NCBI GenBank assembly: GCA_033763315.1
Contig: JANRKS010000035.1
Span: 174,291-238,290, forward strand
Reading direction: 5' to 3'
From: Deltaproteobacteria bacterium
GTDB taxonomy: Bacteria > Myxococcota_A > Polyangia > Fen-1088
Length of the DNA: 64,000 nt
Part shown: positions 9,662-18,960 of the stretch, one piece after another
How the letters are laid out: each line of letters starts with the position of its first letter
Position numbering within the stretch: the first letter of the stretch is position 1
Translations under genes and position numbers: made by a program
Notes under the pieces: generated by a model
Told to the model about the DNA's origin: nothing
Database searches by the model: none
Seen by the model: only the letters and a program-made list of their open reading frames with translations

Positions 9662-12524
9662 TGGTTCCGCCCCCCTCCGCCCCGCCGTCCCCGCCGTGAG
9701 AGGTGCCACTGCTGTGAGGTGTCCCAGCTGGCCCACTTGTCCCGTCGGCAGGGTCTGCTCGTAATCCGCCGCGTTCGTCGGAGCCCGACTCTCCAGGAGC
9801 CGTCGGATTCGACGCATGGGCCGCGGGACTCTTCGGCGGTACCACGATGTCCGCCACCGACCGGCGCTTCTTGACCGGAGTCGCTGGCGAGGGAGGCTGA
9901 GCAGGCTTCGTCTCGGCCGAGGCCGCGGCGTACGGCAAGACAATCCAGTACGCCCGTGGGCGCTGCGGCCCCAACTCGCTCGTGTGCCGAGTCATGTGGT
10001 TGGAGTCTCCAGGAATCAGGTCCCCTCGATCCCTGAGCCCAGCCATGACCTCCTCGACATTGAACTCGTGTTTCCTTGCGAGTTCGACCAGGGGGCCCCG
10101 CATGATCGCGACGACCCGTCGTCCTTTGGACTCCCTGGGATCGACCTTGTCGGGCTCGATGAACGCGCCGATGCGGCGCTGACTTCCGCCTTCGAGCGCA
10201 AGCTCGTTCTCGCTGATGAGGCCGAGGATGGCGTCATACCCTGCGTCCACTGGGTCCACGGCCGAATCGGGGGCGTTCCTCGCCAGTGCCCGAATCTCCC
10301 GCCCTGTGGTGAGAGCCGCGGCGTGCGCGACCTCGGCCGGTTCGCCAAGAACGATCGTTTGCGCCAGGTAGTCCGCCAGGCAGAGGGCGGCTATGTGAAG
10401 GGTCGTCTCGTCTGGGCGATCGGCGAGGTCCCGCGCGAACTCGTCGAACGTCTTCCTCAGCCGAAATGTCTCGCTCGGTCGGATGTACCGGTCAATCAGG
10501 CCTTGGATGAACGACGGCCCGGTGTGCCCGTGATGCTGAGCCAACTCCCGATGGAGGCTGGCGGCGAATTCGGGGCTCGCGAATGGAACCTCGCGGAACT
10601 CAACGGTTCGATTCCGCGCCCCTTTCGCGCTGCCGGCCCGCAGAAGCGGGTGCTCGCCGCTGATCGTCGCGACCACGACCCAATCCCTGATGGCCTGCAT
10701 GCCGCCACCGGCGGTGCCGCGCGCCCGGCCGGTCTCGCCACCAACCTGGTAGGCGAGCAGGTCCAGAATCTGCTGGTTTCGCGTCTGCTGGGTGTCGTCG
10801 ATCCACAAGACGTTGTCCCGGTACTGGGCAAGGGCAGCCTCCATCGCCGTCGACGTGGCATCGCCCGTGATCTTGAGCCCCTCGGGACGCCCCCACGGAG
10901 AAACGGCCAGCGCCTGCGCGGCTGATTTGCCCCCTCCAGAGTTCGACCACACCGATAGAGCAAAGCTCCTTCGGCCGATCAGTCGCAGGATGGGCCCGGC
11001 GTATCCTGCTGCCCAGAAGACGCGTGCGACGGGCGACTTTCTTCGCGCCTCGCGGCACAGATCCAGGTACGACTCAATTCGCCCTCGCGCCTCCTGAGCA
11101 TCGAGCACCTTGTCACCGGTCTCTAGAATCGGCCATCCCTCACTTCCGATGACCTTGCGTCCGAACACGTAGGACCCGAGGTCTCTGGTCCATCCAGGTT
11201 TTGTAAAAACCTGGACCTCGGGAATGCGGTGCTTGTGGAATTGCTCCTGCCTCTGGAGAAACATCTGCACGACGGGCCGATTCGCCTGCTGCACCGGCGC
11301 GCCGTGCGCCGCAAGCTCGATGATCTCGGGACTTGAGAGCTGCAATCGGGGCACACGACGAACGACCTCCCGGTCCCGGTGTTTGAACCGGACGGCAGAG
11401 TAGACCGTCTGATCCTCTGCTATCCCGATGGCGACGATATTGATTGGTGCGCTTGTGATCGGGGTCGGATCTTTGCTCTCGTGGTTCTTCCAAAGGCCGG
11501 CTCGCGGCCCATCGGCCACAATGAAGAATCCGGGCGCGCCCATCCAACCGTCGGAGTCGTCCTCATCGTCCGCGTTTTGGGAGTGCCTGGCAAACGTCGT
11601 GGTCTTCAGGAGCGCTTTGAGGTCACGGACTTTCCGCCCCAAGAGGCGCGCCGCCTCGTTCACCCACATGGCTTTTTGATCTGGATCTTGCTGGCATGCG
11701 AATGGGATTGCACGGTTCAACTCCAGTTGCTGGCGCTCCAAGCTCCAGGCACGCCACCTCTTTGCCAGCCACTCGACGAGGTTCGCTTGCGGGTCCGTAG
11801 GCCTGGTCGCGTCCACGACTCGCGCCCTCAGTGCCTGGCCGTCACGACCTCCGCGATTGTAGGCGTCATCAAGCCCCAGCTTCTGCCCGCGGTCGCTGTC
11901 GAGAAACGCGATGCATGAGTCCGAGCCAACCGCACGAAGCATGCTCGCCAAGCGAACGGCGGCGTTCATCACGTTCGGGTTGGCGTCGATGTCGGAATCG
12001 AACAGGATCACGGTCTTGCGTCCTCGCGGAACGAGCGCGCCGAGGTCACCATGGAGGACCGGCCCCTCATCGCTCTGCCGCTCCCTTTTTTGGTGGAATG
12101 TGTTCACGCCGGGTGCAGCCGCAGCCGCCATGCCCAACTGATTGGCGACCAACGCCTTCTTCTCGCCCTCCAGCAAGTACAGCGGCTCGGCCGGGTCTCC
12201 GATGGCCGAGTTCACGTCACGAGGTACGTAGATCCGCGGCGGGATACCGCGGGGGGCCTCGTACTTCACTTTGCGATCCCGGTGGCGTTCCACACGAGGA
12301 GAGTCCGGCCGGTATCGAACGTAGTCGGTGCCCGGGTAGGAAAAGCGAAGCGCCGGCACGGGCGGCTTTGGCCCAATGGTCTCCCACCGCAACTCAGCCC
12401 GCATGACCTCGGGATCGGTCACAGACGTGATGCCCGCCATATCGATGGTCGCATCCAACAGCCCCTCACCGCGGAGGTACTCCAGATGGGCAGGCAGGAT
12501 CTGCGGGCCGTTCGCGCCGATCAT
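9654..12524 (-). CDS. Primase-helicase (DUF3854 TOPRIM-like + DUF927 + P-loop)
   Basis: EGEKKA...LFDSD...GLDD TOPRIM-like motifs; KPGW (DUF927-like); Walker A SGGGKS; Walker B WIDD. ATGA overlap with the upstream HTH gene at 12521-12524. Confidence 0.85.
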   Translation of the reverse strand: MIGANGPQILPAHLEYLRGEGLLDATIDMAGITSVTDPEVMRAELRWETIGPKPPVPALRFSYPGTDYVRYRPDSPRVERHRDRKVKYEAPRGIPPRIYVPRDVNSAIGDPAEPLYLLEGEKKALVANQLGMAAAAAPGVNTFHQKRERQSDEGPVLHGDLGALVPRGRKTVILFDSDIDANPNVMNAAVRLASMLRAVGSDSCIAFLDSDRGQKLGLDDAYNRGGRDGQALRARVVDATRPTDPQANLVEWLAKRWRAWSLERQQLELNRAIPFACQQDPDQKAMWVNEAARLLGRKVRDLKALLKTTTFARHSQNADDEDDSDGWMGAPGFFIVADGPRAGLWKNHESKDPTPITSAPINIVAIGIAEDQTVYSAVRFKHRDREVVRRVPRLQLSSPEIIELAAHGAPVQQANRPVVQMFLQRQEQFHKHRIPEVQVFTKPGWTRDLGSYVFGRKVIGSEGWPILETGDKVLDAQEARGRIESYLDLCREARRKSPVARVFWAAGYAGPILRLIGRRSFALSVWSNSGGGKSAAQALAVSPWGRPEGLKITGDATSTAMEAALAQYRDNVLWIDDTQQTRNQQILDLLAYQVGGETGRARGTAGGGMQAIRDWVVVATISGEHPLLRAGSAKGARNRTVEFREVPFASPEFAASLHRELAQHHGHTGPSFIQGLIDRYIRPSETFRLRKTFDEFARDLADRPDETTLHIAALCLADYLAQTIVLGEPAEVAHAAALTTGREIRALARNAPDSAVDPVDAGYDAILGLISENELALEGGSQRRIGAFIEPDKVDPRESKGRRVVAIMRGPLVELARKHEFNVEEVMAGLRDRGDLIPGDSNHMTRHTSELGPQRPRAYWIVLPYAAASAETKPAQPPSPATPVKKRRSVADIVVPPKSPAAHASNPTAPGESGSDERGGLRADPADGTSGPAGTPHSSGTSHGGDGGAEGGGTNG

Positions 12525-12724
12525 GATCGGCCTCTCAGCTTGCGCAGTGGAAGGGCCTCGCGCCGCGATCCCTCGATGAAGGCCTCGAGGTCGCAGCGCT
12601 GAATCAATCTTCGTCGACCCAGCTTCACGCTGGCGAGGCGGCGGGTCTGGACCCAGCTGCGCACGGTGCCCAGGGGCGCCCCCGTTTCGGCTGCAACGTC
12701 CGATATTTTCAAGAACCGGCTCAT
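12521..12724 (-). CDS. AlpA/excisionase-family HTH regulator
   Basis: FLKISDVAAETGAPLGTVRSWVQTRRLASVKLGRRRLIQRCDLEAFI. Confidence 0.85.
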   Translation of the reverse strand: MSRFLKISDVAAETGAPLGTVRSWVQTRRLASVKLGRRRLIQRCDLEAFIEGSRREALPLRKLRGRS

Positions 12725-12808
12725 GCCGGTGGTTATCTGCGAATGCCGGCTGTCGCGCGATAACAGGAGTGACGGCGTTGCTGTTCTTGCGGGTTCGGCG
12801 AAGGATCG

Positions 12809-13594
12809 CTACGGGCGATACACCCAAACACCCGGCGGGTGCCGCTGGTGCTTGTGAGCCTCAAGTAGCTTGACCGTTACCGATGTGGCCTTGGCCAGGC
12901 TGGAGCCCCGCGCCGCCCGCCCCAACTGCACGCGCAACGCCTCGGGTGATCGTGATTCGCTCAGACGGGCGTCGTCGCTCCATCCAAGCTCCAAAATATC
13001 GCTCATGACTTCAAACATCGATCGGTGGCGCCGAGTGCCCGACGTGAGGAGTCCGTGCTCGCGAAGCACGGCGGCCAGGAGGACCAACAAGTCATCGAAG
13101 TTGCGCCGTCTCCCGTCCTTTCCGCGTGTGGTGGAGCGCGAGAAAACTTCGCTTGACCGGGCGTGCGCCTGCCAAGGCCATTGTCTTTCGCCCACGATCT
13201 CGCCCCGGGCGTCGACAATGACGGTCCCTGGCGGCGATTCTCTTTCGTAGGTGTCGACGGAGAAGATTCGGTCGCTGTCGAGCCGCGACTCCAACTCGAT
13301 AGCGAGTTCCAGGGTGTGCGGCTCCCAGGAGAAATGCCCGAGGAGCGCTTTCAGGGTCTCCCAATGGGAGCGGACCCTGCCCCATACCTTGCGAAGGGGG
13401 CCGGGCATTGAGGCGCACAGCTCGATCGCCACCGCGATGGGCTCTGCGGCATCTTGGGGAAGTCCCTTGATCTCGCGAATCATCTTCAATAATTCTTGGT
13501 GTTCGAGGTACTGCCACCCGTCCGCGAGACCCTGTTCACGTGATCTGGGGCGGCCACGCGACGCCGGTCGCTTCCGGTTCTTGGTCCTGCGCAT
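12809..13594 (-). CDS. Hypothetical protein
   Basis: 261 aa, AGGAAG upstream of the ATG, co-oriented with the replication operon. Confidence 0.6.
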   Translation of the reverse strand: MRRTKNRKRPASRGRPRSREQGLADGWQYLEHQELLKMIREIKGLPQDAAEPIAVAIELCASMPGPLRKVWGRVRSHWETLKALLGHFSWEPHTLELAIELESRLDSDRIFSVDTYERESPPGTVIVDARGEIVGERQWPWQAHARSSEVFSRSTTRGKDGRRRNFDDLLVLLAAVLREHGLLTSGTRRHRSMFEVMSDILELGWSDDARLSESRSPEALRVQLGRAARGSSLAKATSVTVKLLEAHKHQRHPPGVWVYRP

Positions 13595-13605
13595 TGGGCG
13601 GAAGA

Positions 13606-14375
13606 CTATCGAACTTCCTTGCGCCCGGGGTCTGGATCAGAGCGCCGCTGTGCCGCGTTCGCGATCTCTCGATCCAACTCGGCGATCTGCGCCTTCTCCT
13701 CGTCGCTCAGCTCTTCGCCGCCAAGCCGCCGTCGCAGCTCGCGCTCCAACTCTCGATCGGCTTGGCGCGCAATGTGGTTCCGAAGAGCGCGCTCGAAGCT
13801 CTCCGGAGTCGCAGGCTCGTCGTTCCAATCCAGGAGGCGCCGAACTCGCGCGAAGGACTTCGGAGGCAGGACCCACTCCGGTCCCAGCGACTTGTACGAC
13901 GCCCAGAGCGCGACGGCCTGAGCGGGGGCCAGCGACAGGTTGATGACGGCCTCGCGAGGAGACGCCCCCTCCTCGAAGAGCTTGAATGCCTTGGCGGCCA
14001 CAGCGCCCTCGACGTGAACGTCGGGTACAGCCGCAGGGGGATCGACGACTCCAGTCGCGGGAACAGCGAATGAAGGACGAAACACACGGGCCACTCGCGT
14101 CCGAGGAATCACCTTGTGAGCGCGATTCAATCGATCGATTCGCGCCGCCTCCTGTTCCACCTCGGCGCGCGAAAACAGCTTTCTTGGCTGGCATGTTGTC
14201 CCTGGCGCTTGGCCACGACCGGATGCAAATAGCCTTGCGCGACGCGGAGACGTACCGTGCTCGGCGCGAGCCCAAGGCGCTCGGCGGTTTCTTCTAACGT
14301 CATGGCGCCCGCGGTTTCTGCGGTCTTGTCGTTTGCGCCTTCTGAGGCTGCTTCGGTTTCGAGGTTTGTGCGCAT
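13606..14375 (-). pseudogene. HTH DNA-binding protein with a frameshift near 14190
   Basis: GAGGTG RBS and ATG 14375 open the HTH frame (MTLEETAERLGLAPSTVRLRVAQGYLHP); the natural continuation RKLFSRAEVE...AAKAFKLFEEG is in the adjacent frame ending at 13606. Confidence 0.6.
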
Positions 14376-14511
14376 TGGTTGTCACCTCACATGCTGATTG
14401 TGCAGTTGCAGGAAAGCGGCGCCACGCCGTCCCGGTGACCCGTCCGGAGCTTGGGCGGGGGAGAAGTCGGACGGCGTGGCGCCAAATTCACGTGGGCCGA
14501 TCCGAAGGGGA

Positions 14512-15111
14512 TCAGCGCTTGTTCTTCGGCGTACCCCGCGCGCCGAACTGGCGCTCGGTGGACGAGTCGAGAGGCGCGGACGCCGCTGGTGCCATGGTCA
14601 CCTCGGCGGAGGTCGGCCCAGCGGGAGCCACGTACCTGTCGACGCTGTCCGGCGCAATTGGCGCGGGAGGCGCGGATGCGGCGAGGCGAACATCGCTCGA
14701 AAGGTCCACCACCGGACCGCTGAACATGAACGCCGCAGGCTGGTTTGTAGCCGGCGCTGCCGCCCCCACGCGCGCGAGGTAAACGTCCCCCGTAGCCATC
14801 ACCGGGGGCGACGGAACAATCTGAACCATCGTCCCGCCCACGCTTACCGGCGTCCGGGGCGCCGGTGCCTCACCCCACGGCGACCATGGACGTTGAGGGA
14901 CCGTTACCTCGGTTGCGTTGTTGAGCGGTTGACCTGGCGGCGGTCCCCCATGGGCCCACGCTGGAATCGTGGCGTCCCCCGATGCGATGGGCGGCGCCTC
15001 AGCCGGCGCAAACCTCACGTCGACCGAGCCCACGTGGACCGTCGGTGCCTCCGTAGGACCCGAACGGGAACTCGACGGCGGAACCAGGGCGCCAATGAAG
15101 ACCTCAGCCAC
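14512..15111 (-). CDS. Pro/Ala-rich hypothetical protein
   Basis: 199-aa low-complexity ORF filling the gap, no motif recognised. Confidence 0.3.
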   Translation of the reverse strand: MAEVFIGALVPPSSSRSGPTEAPTVHVGSVDVRFAPAEAPPIASGDATIPAWAHGGPPPGQPLNNATEVTVPQRPWSPWGEAPAPRTPVSVGGTMVQIVPSPPVMATGDVYLARVGAAAPATNQPAAFMFSGPVVDLSSDVRLAASAPPAPIAPDSVDRYVAPAGPTSAEVTMAPAASAPLDSSTERQFGARGTPKNKR

Positions 15112-15522
15112 GACAGCACCGGCCTGGCCGCCGATGCGGCCCCTTCATCTTGCACATGTTTTTCTTTCCCCGAGGCGGGCTGAAGGGGCTCGTGGCCACC
15201 CGACTCGGACGTTGCGCTCGTCACCTGACGAGCGTGAGCAAAGTCTGCGCGCCTCACTACGACGCTGCAAGGGGGCGAGCCGCGCGACCTTGATCTTTCT
15301 CTGTCCACAGAAGTTGCGGTTCTGATTGATCTGGGGCACGCCCGGGGAGTAACCTGACGCGCCGTTTTGTCTCGGAATGTCGGCTACTTCCGGGACTGAG
15401 GCTTCGACGAGAGGAACCGAAGTGGAAGCCGCACCGCATCCAAGATCCAAGCTCCGTCCACCACCGGCCTGGCCGGGCGGCCTTTCTTGCCCTCGCTGGA
15501 CTACGCCGAGGGGTCCGCATTC

Positions 15523-18500
15523 ATGAGCCCAGCGGATCTGAAGCCAGGGGTCGTGGTGCGTGGCCCGATGCTGCCGGAGCCCATTGAGGTTCTCGTTGTG
15601 TCCGTCCTCGCCGACATGGTCAAGGTGACCGGCGCTGGGCAGAAGACAGGCCAAGTCCATCAGCGCGTACTTCATCCAGACCAGCTCCGCCTCCTTCAAG
15701 CGACGCCCGAGAAGGAGCCCTTCGACGGCGATCCGTTGCACTTCAAGCTCGGCGTCGAGGCGGCGCGCCTCGGGCTGGCGTACGAATACGACCCGTACTT
15801 CTCGCTGTCGATCGCGCGCGTCGATCCGCTGCCTCACCAGCTGGAGGCCGTTTACGACTACTTCTTGAAGCTACCCCGCATCCGATTCCTGCTCGCGGAT
15901 GATCCTGGCGCGGGCAAGACGATCATGGCGGGCCTGCTTCTCAAGGAGCTGAAGGTCCGGGGGCTCGTGAAGCGGACGCTCATCGTTGCGCCCGCAAACC
16001 TCACGTTTCAGTGGCAACGCGAGCTGAAGGACAAGTTCCGCGAACAGTTCGATGTCATGCGCGGCGAGGTGCTGCGCACGCAGTACGGGCAGAATCCCTG
16101 GCAGGAAAGCAACCAGGTCGTCACCTCGGTTTCGTGGATCTCGCGCGTCGAAGACGCAAAGGAGAGCCTGCTGCGCTCGCAATGGGACCTCGTCATCGTC
16201 GACGAGGCTCACAAGATGAGCGCGTACAGTGCCGACAAGAAGACGCTTGCCTTCCAAATCGGCGAGGCTCTGTCTCAGCGCACCGACCACTTCCTGCTGA
16301 TGACGGCGACACCACACAAGGGTGATCCCGAGAACTTCCGTCTGTTCCTCAGCCTTCTCGACCGCGACGTTTACGGAGATGTGAAGAGCCTTGAGGAGGC
16401 TATGCGCCGCCACGAGGCGCCGTTCTATCTCCGCCGCTTGAAGGAAGCGCTCGTTGCATTTCCCGATCCGGAAACCGGCGAGGTCAAGAAGCTCTTCACG
16501 AACCGCGACGTGCGGACGACCAAGTTTGAACTCGACGGCGAAGAGTTCGACTTCTACGACGCTCTCACCCGGTACGTCGAGGACCAGTCAATCAAGGCCG
16601 CCGCCGCCGAGAACGTTCAGGCCAACATCCTGGGCTTCCAAATGGCGATGTTGCAGCGTCGCTTCGCCTCAAGCGTGTACGCCGTGCGCCGCAGCCTTGA
16701 GCGCATGCGGGACAAGCGAAGAAAGATCCTCGACGACCCAGAGGGTCATCGGCAGCACCTGATCGAGCGCAAGCTCCCCGATGACTTCGACGACCTGCCC
16801 GAGGACGAGCAGTCGAAGATCATGCAGAGCGCGGAGGAGGCGGTTCTCATCGTCGACCCAATCGCACTGCGCGAGGAAATCCAGCGCCTCGATAAGCTCG
16901 TCGACCTGGCGCGCGCTCTGGAGAAGCGCGAGGTCGAGTCCAAGCTCAACAAGCTGAAGCAGGTTCTTAACGAGCAGCAGGTCTTCAGTGACCCTCGAAT
17001 GAAGCTGCTGGTGTTCACCGAACACAAGGACACGCTCGACTACCTCGCGGGCGACGGAAAGGACGGGCGCCCGCTGGGCAAGCTTCGTGAGTGGGGCCTC
17101 TCCTGCACGCAGATCCACGGCGGCATGCCCATTGGCGACCGCGACACACCCAATACCCGCATCTATGCCGAGCGCGAGTTCCGCGAGGACGCGCAGATAC
17201 TCGTGGCCACCGAGGCGGCGGGGGAAGGCATCAACCTCCAGTTCTGCTGGTTGATGATCAACTATGACATCCCGTGGAACCCGGTGCGGCTCGAACAGCG
17301 CATGGGCCGCATCCACCGCTACGGCCAGCAGAAGGACTGCCTCATCTTCAATTTCGCTGCCATCAACACGCGTGAGGGCCGCGTACTTGAGAAGCTCCTG
17401 ATGCGCCTTGCGGAGATTAAGGAGGAACTCGGCACCGACAAGGTCTTCGATGTTGTCGGTGAAATGCTTCCGTCGAATGCGCTGGAAAAGATGTTTCGCG
17501 AGATGTACGCGAAACGGCTCGATGTCACGGACATCTCCGACCGCATCGTGAAGGACATCGATCCCGAACGCTTCAAGCGCATTACGGGCTCGACGCTCGA
17601 AGGCCTTGCCAAGAAGGAACTGAATCTTTCAGCACTCGTAGGGAAATCGGTGGAAGCGAAGGAGCGGCGGTTGGTCCCCGAGGTAGTCGAGGACTTCTTC
17701 ATCCACGCTGGGCCAGTCGCAGGCGTTCACCCGACCCCGGTGCGTGGAAAGGACCACGTGTTCAAGGTGGGCAAGGTGCCGAAGACGTTGAGCGCGATCG
17801 GTGAGAGGCTGGAACCCCGTTTCGGCAAGCTTGGCCGTGAATACCAGCGGGTTGTATTCGACAAACGTCTGCTGGGCGACGACGCAACCCTGGAATGGGT
17901 CACGCCAGGTCACCCGCTGTTCGAGGTGGTGCGCAGTGATGTGGCCGATCGGGTACAGGACGATCTCCGGCGCGGGGCGGTCCTGTGGGACTTGCACGCG
18001 AAGGCGCCGTACCGACTGGACGTGTTCGCCGCTTCGATCAAGGACGGCCGGGGCAACACGCTGCACAAGAAGCTTTTCGTCGTCCGTGCCGACGCGGACG
18101 GAAAGCTGTCGGTACGCCAACCAACGCTCTTCCTCGATCTCATCGTCTCTGAGCGCGGCACGTCGGTGCCCACGCTACCGGGCCTTCCGGAACGCGACAT
18201 CGTTGAGGGCTATCTGGTTCACAACGCGCTCACCCCTTTCCTCTCCGATGTGGCGAACCAGCGCACGCAAGAAAACTCCGTGGTTCGAAAGCACATCGAG
18301 ATCTCGCTCAACACGCTTATCGACAAACAGCAGATCAAACTTGGCGAACAGCTCGAACGGCGTGTCGAGGGTCAGGTCATCCCTGCCGTCGAAGGAAACA
18401 TCAAGCAGGCCGAGGACCACTTGGACGAACTGAACGCTCGCCTTGAAAGCCGGCGCCAGGAACTGGAGATGGAGAGCCACTGCTCCATCGGTGATGTGCA

Positions 18501-18960
18501 GCATCTCGGGCGGGCGTGGGCGCTACCGCATCCCGAGCGCGAAGCGCCGAATATCGCGCCGATGGTGAGTGACCCGGAGATTGAGAAGATCGCCGTGCAG
18601 CTGGCCATGAAGCACGAGCGCGACAACGGCTGGGTCGTGGAGAGCGTGGAGAACGAGAACCGCGGCTACGATCTACTTTCGAAGCGCCCGCATCCGACGG
18701 AGCCTGGTGTGTTTGTACAGGCTCGCTTCATTGAGGTGAAGGGGCGCGCCGGGGTCGGGGAGGTGGCGCTTACGGCGAACGAGTACCGCACGGCTCAGCG
18801 CCTCGGCGAGGACTTCTGGCTTTACGTGGTGTTTGACTGCGCGACCGCGCCGAAGCTCAATGCGATTCAGAACCCCGCGAAACTCGGGTGGGAGCCCGTC
18901 GTGAAAGTCGAGCACTACCACGTGACGGCCAAGGCCATTCTGGAGGCCGCACGTGAGTGA
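15523..18960 (+). CDS. SNF2-family helicase with C-terminal DUF3883 (NOV_C) nuclease-like domain
   Basis: LADDPGAGKT, DEAH, TATPH, TEAAGEGINLQ, QRMGRIHRYGQ; C-terminal GYDLLS...IEVKG. Confidence 0.92.
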   Translation: MSPADLKPGVVVRGPMLPEPIEVLVVSVLADMVKVTGAGQKTGQVHQRVLHPDQLRLLQATPEKEPFDGDPLHFKLGVEAARLGLAYEYDPYFSLSIARVDPLPHQLEAVYDYFLKLPRIRFLLADDPGAGKTIMAGLLLKELKVRGLVKRTLIVAPANLTFQWQRELKDKFREQFDVMRGEVLRTQYGQNPWQESNQVVTSVSWISRVEDAKESLLRSQWDLVIVDEAHKMSAYSADKKTLAFQIGEALSQRTDHFLLMTATPHKGDPENFRLFLSLLDRDVYGDVKSLEEAMRRHEAPFYLRRLKEALVAFPDPETGEVKKLFTNRDVRTTKFELDGEEFDFYDALTRYVEDQSIKAAAAENVQANILGFQMAMLQRRFASSVYAVRRSLERMRDKRRKILDDPEGHRQHLIERKLPDDFDDLPEDEQSKIMQSAEEAVLIVDPIALREEIQRLDKLVDLARALEKREVESKLNKLKQVLNEQQVFSDPRMKLLVFTEHKDTLDYLAGDGKDGRPLGKLREWGLSCTQIHGGMPIGDRDTPNTRIYAEREFREDAQILVATEAAGEGINLQFCWLMINYDIPWNPVRLEQRMGRIHRYGQQKDCLIFNFAAINTREGRVLEKLLMRLAEIKEELGTDKVFDVVGEMLPSNALEKMFREMYAKRLDVTDISDRIVKDIDPERFKRITGSTLEGLAKKELNLSALVGKSVEAKERRLVPEVVEDFFIHAGPVAGVHPTPVRGKDHVFKVGKVPKTLSAIGERLEPRFGKLGREYQRVVFDKRLLGDDATLEWVTPGHPLFEVVRSDVADRVQDDLRRGAVLWDLHAKAPYRLDVFAASIKDGRGNTLHKKLFVVRADADGKLSVRQPTLFLDLIVSERGTSVPTLPGLPERDIVEGYLVHNALTPFLSDVANQRTQENSVVRKHIEISLNTLIDKQQIKLGEQLERRVEGQVIPAVEGNIKQAEDHLDELNARLESRRQELEMESHCSIGDVQHLGRAWALPHPEREAPNIAPMVSDPEIEKIAVQLAMKHERDNGWVVESVENENRGYDLLSKRPHPTEPGVFVQARFIEVKGRAGVGEVALTANEYRTAQRLGEDFWLYVVFDCATAPKLNAIQNPAKLGWEPVVKVEHYHVTAKAILEAARE

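Noticed and set aside
9662-9943. Long N-terminal extensions in the ORF track (also 12525-12827, 25891-25995, 28656-28898, 29513-29575, 38680-38841)
   Set aside because: They overlap neighbouring genes or lack family similarity; downstream starts give stop/start coupling or match paralogue N-termini.
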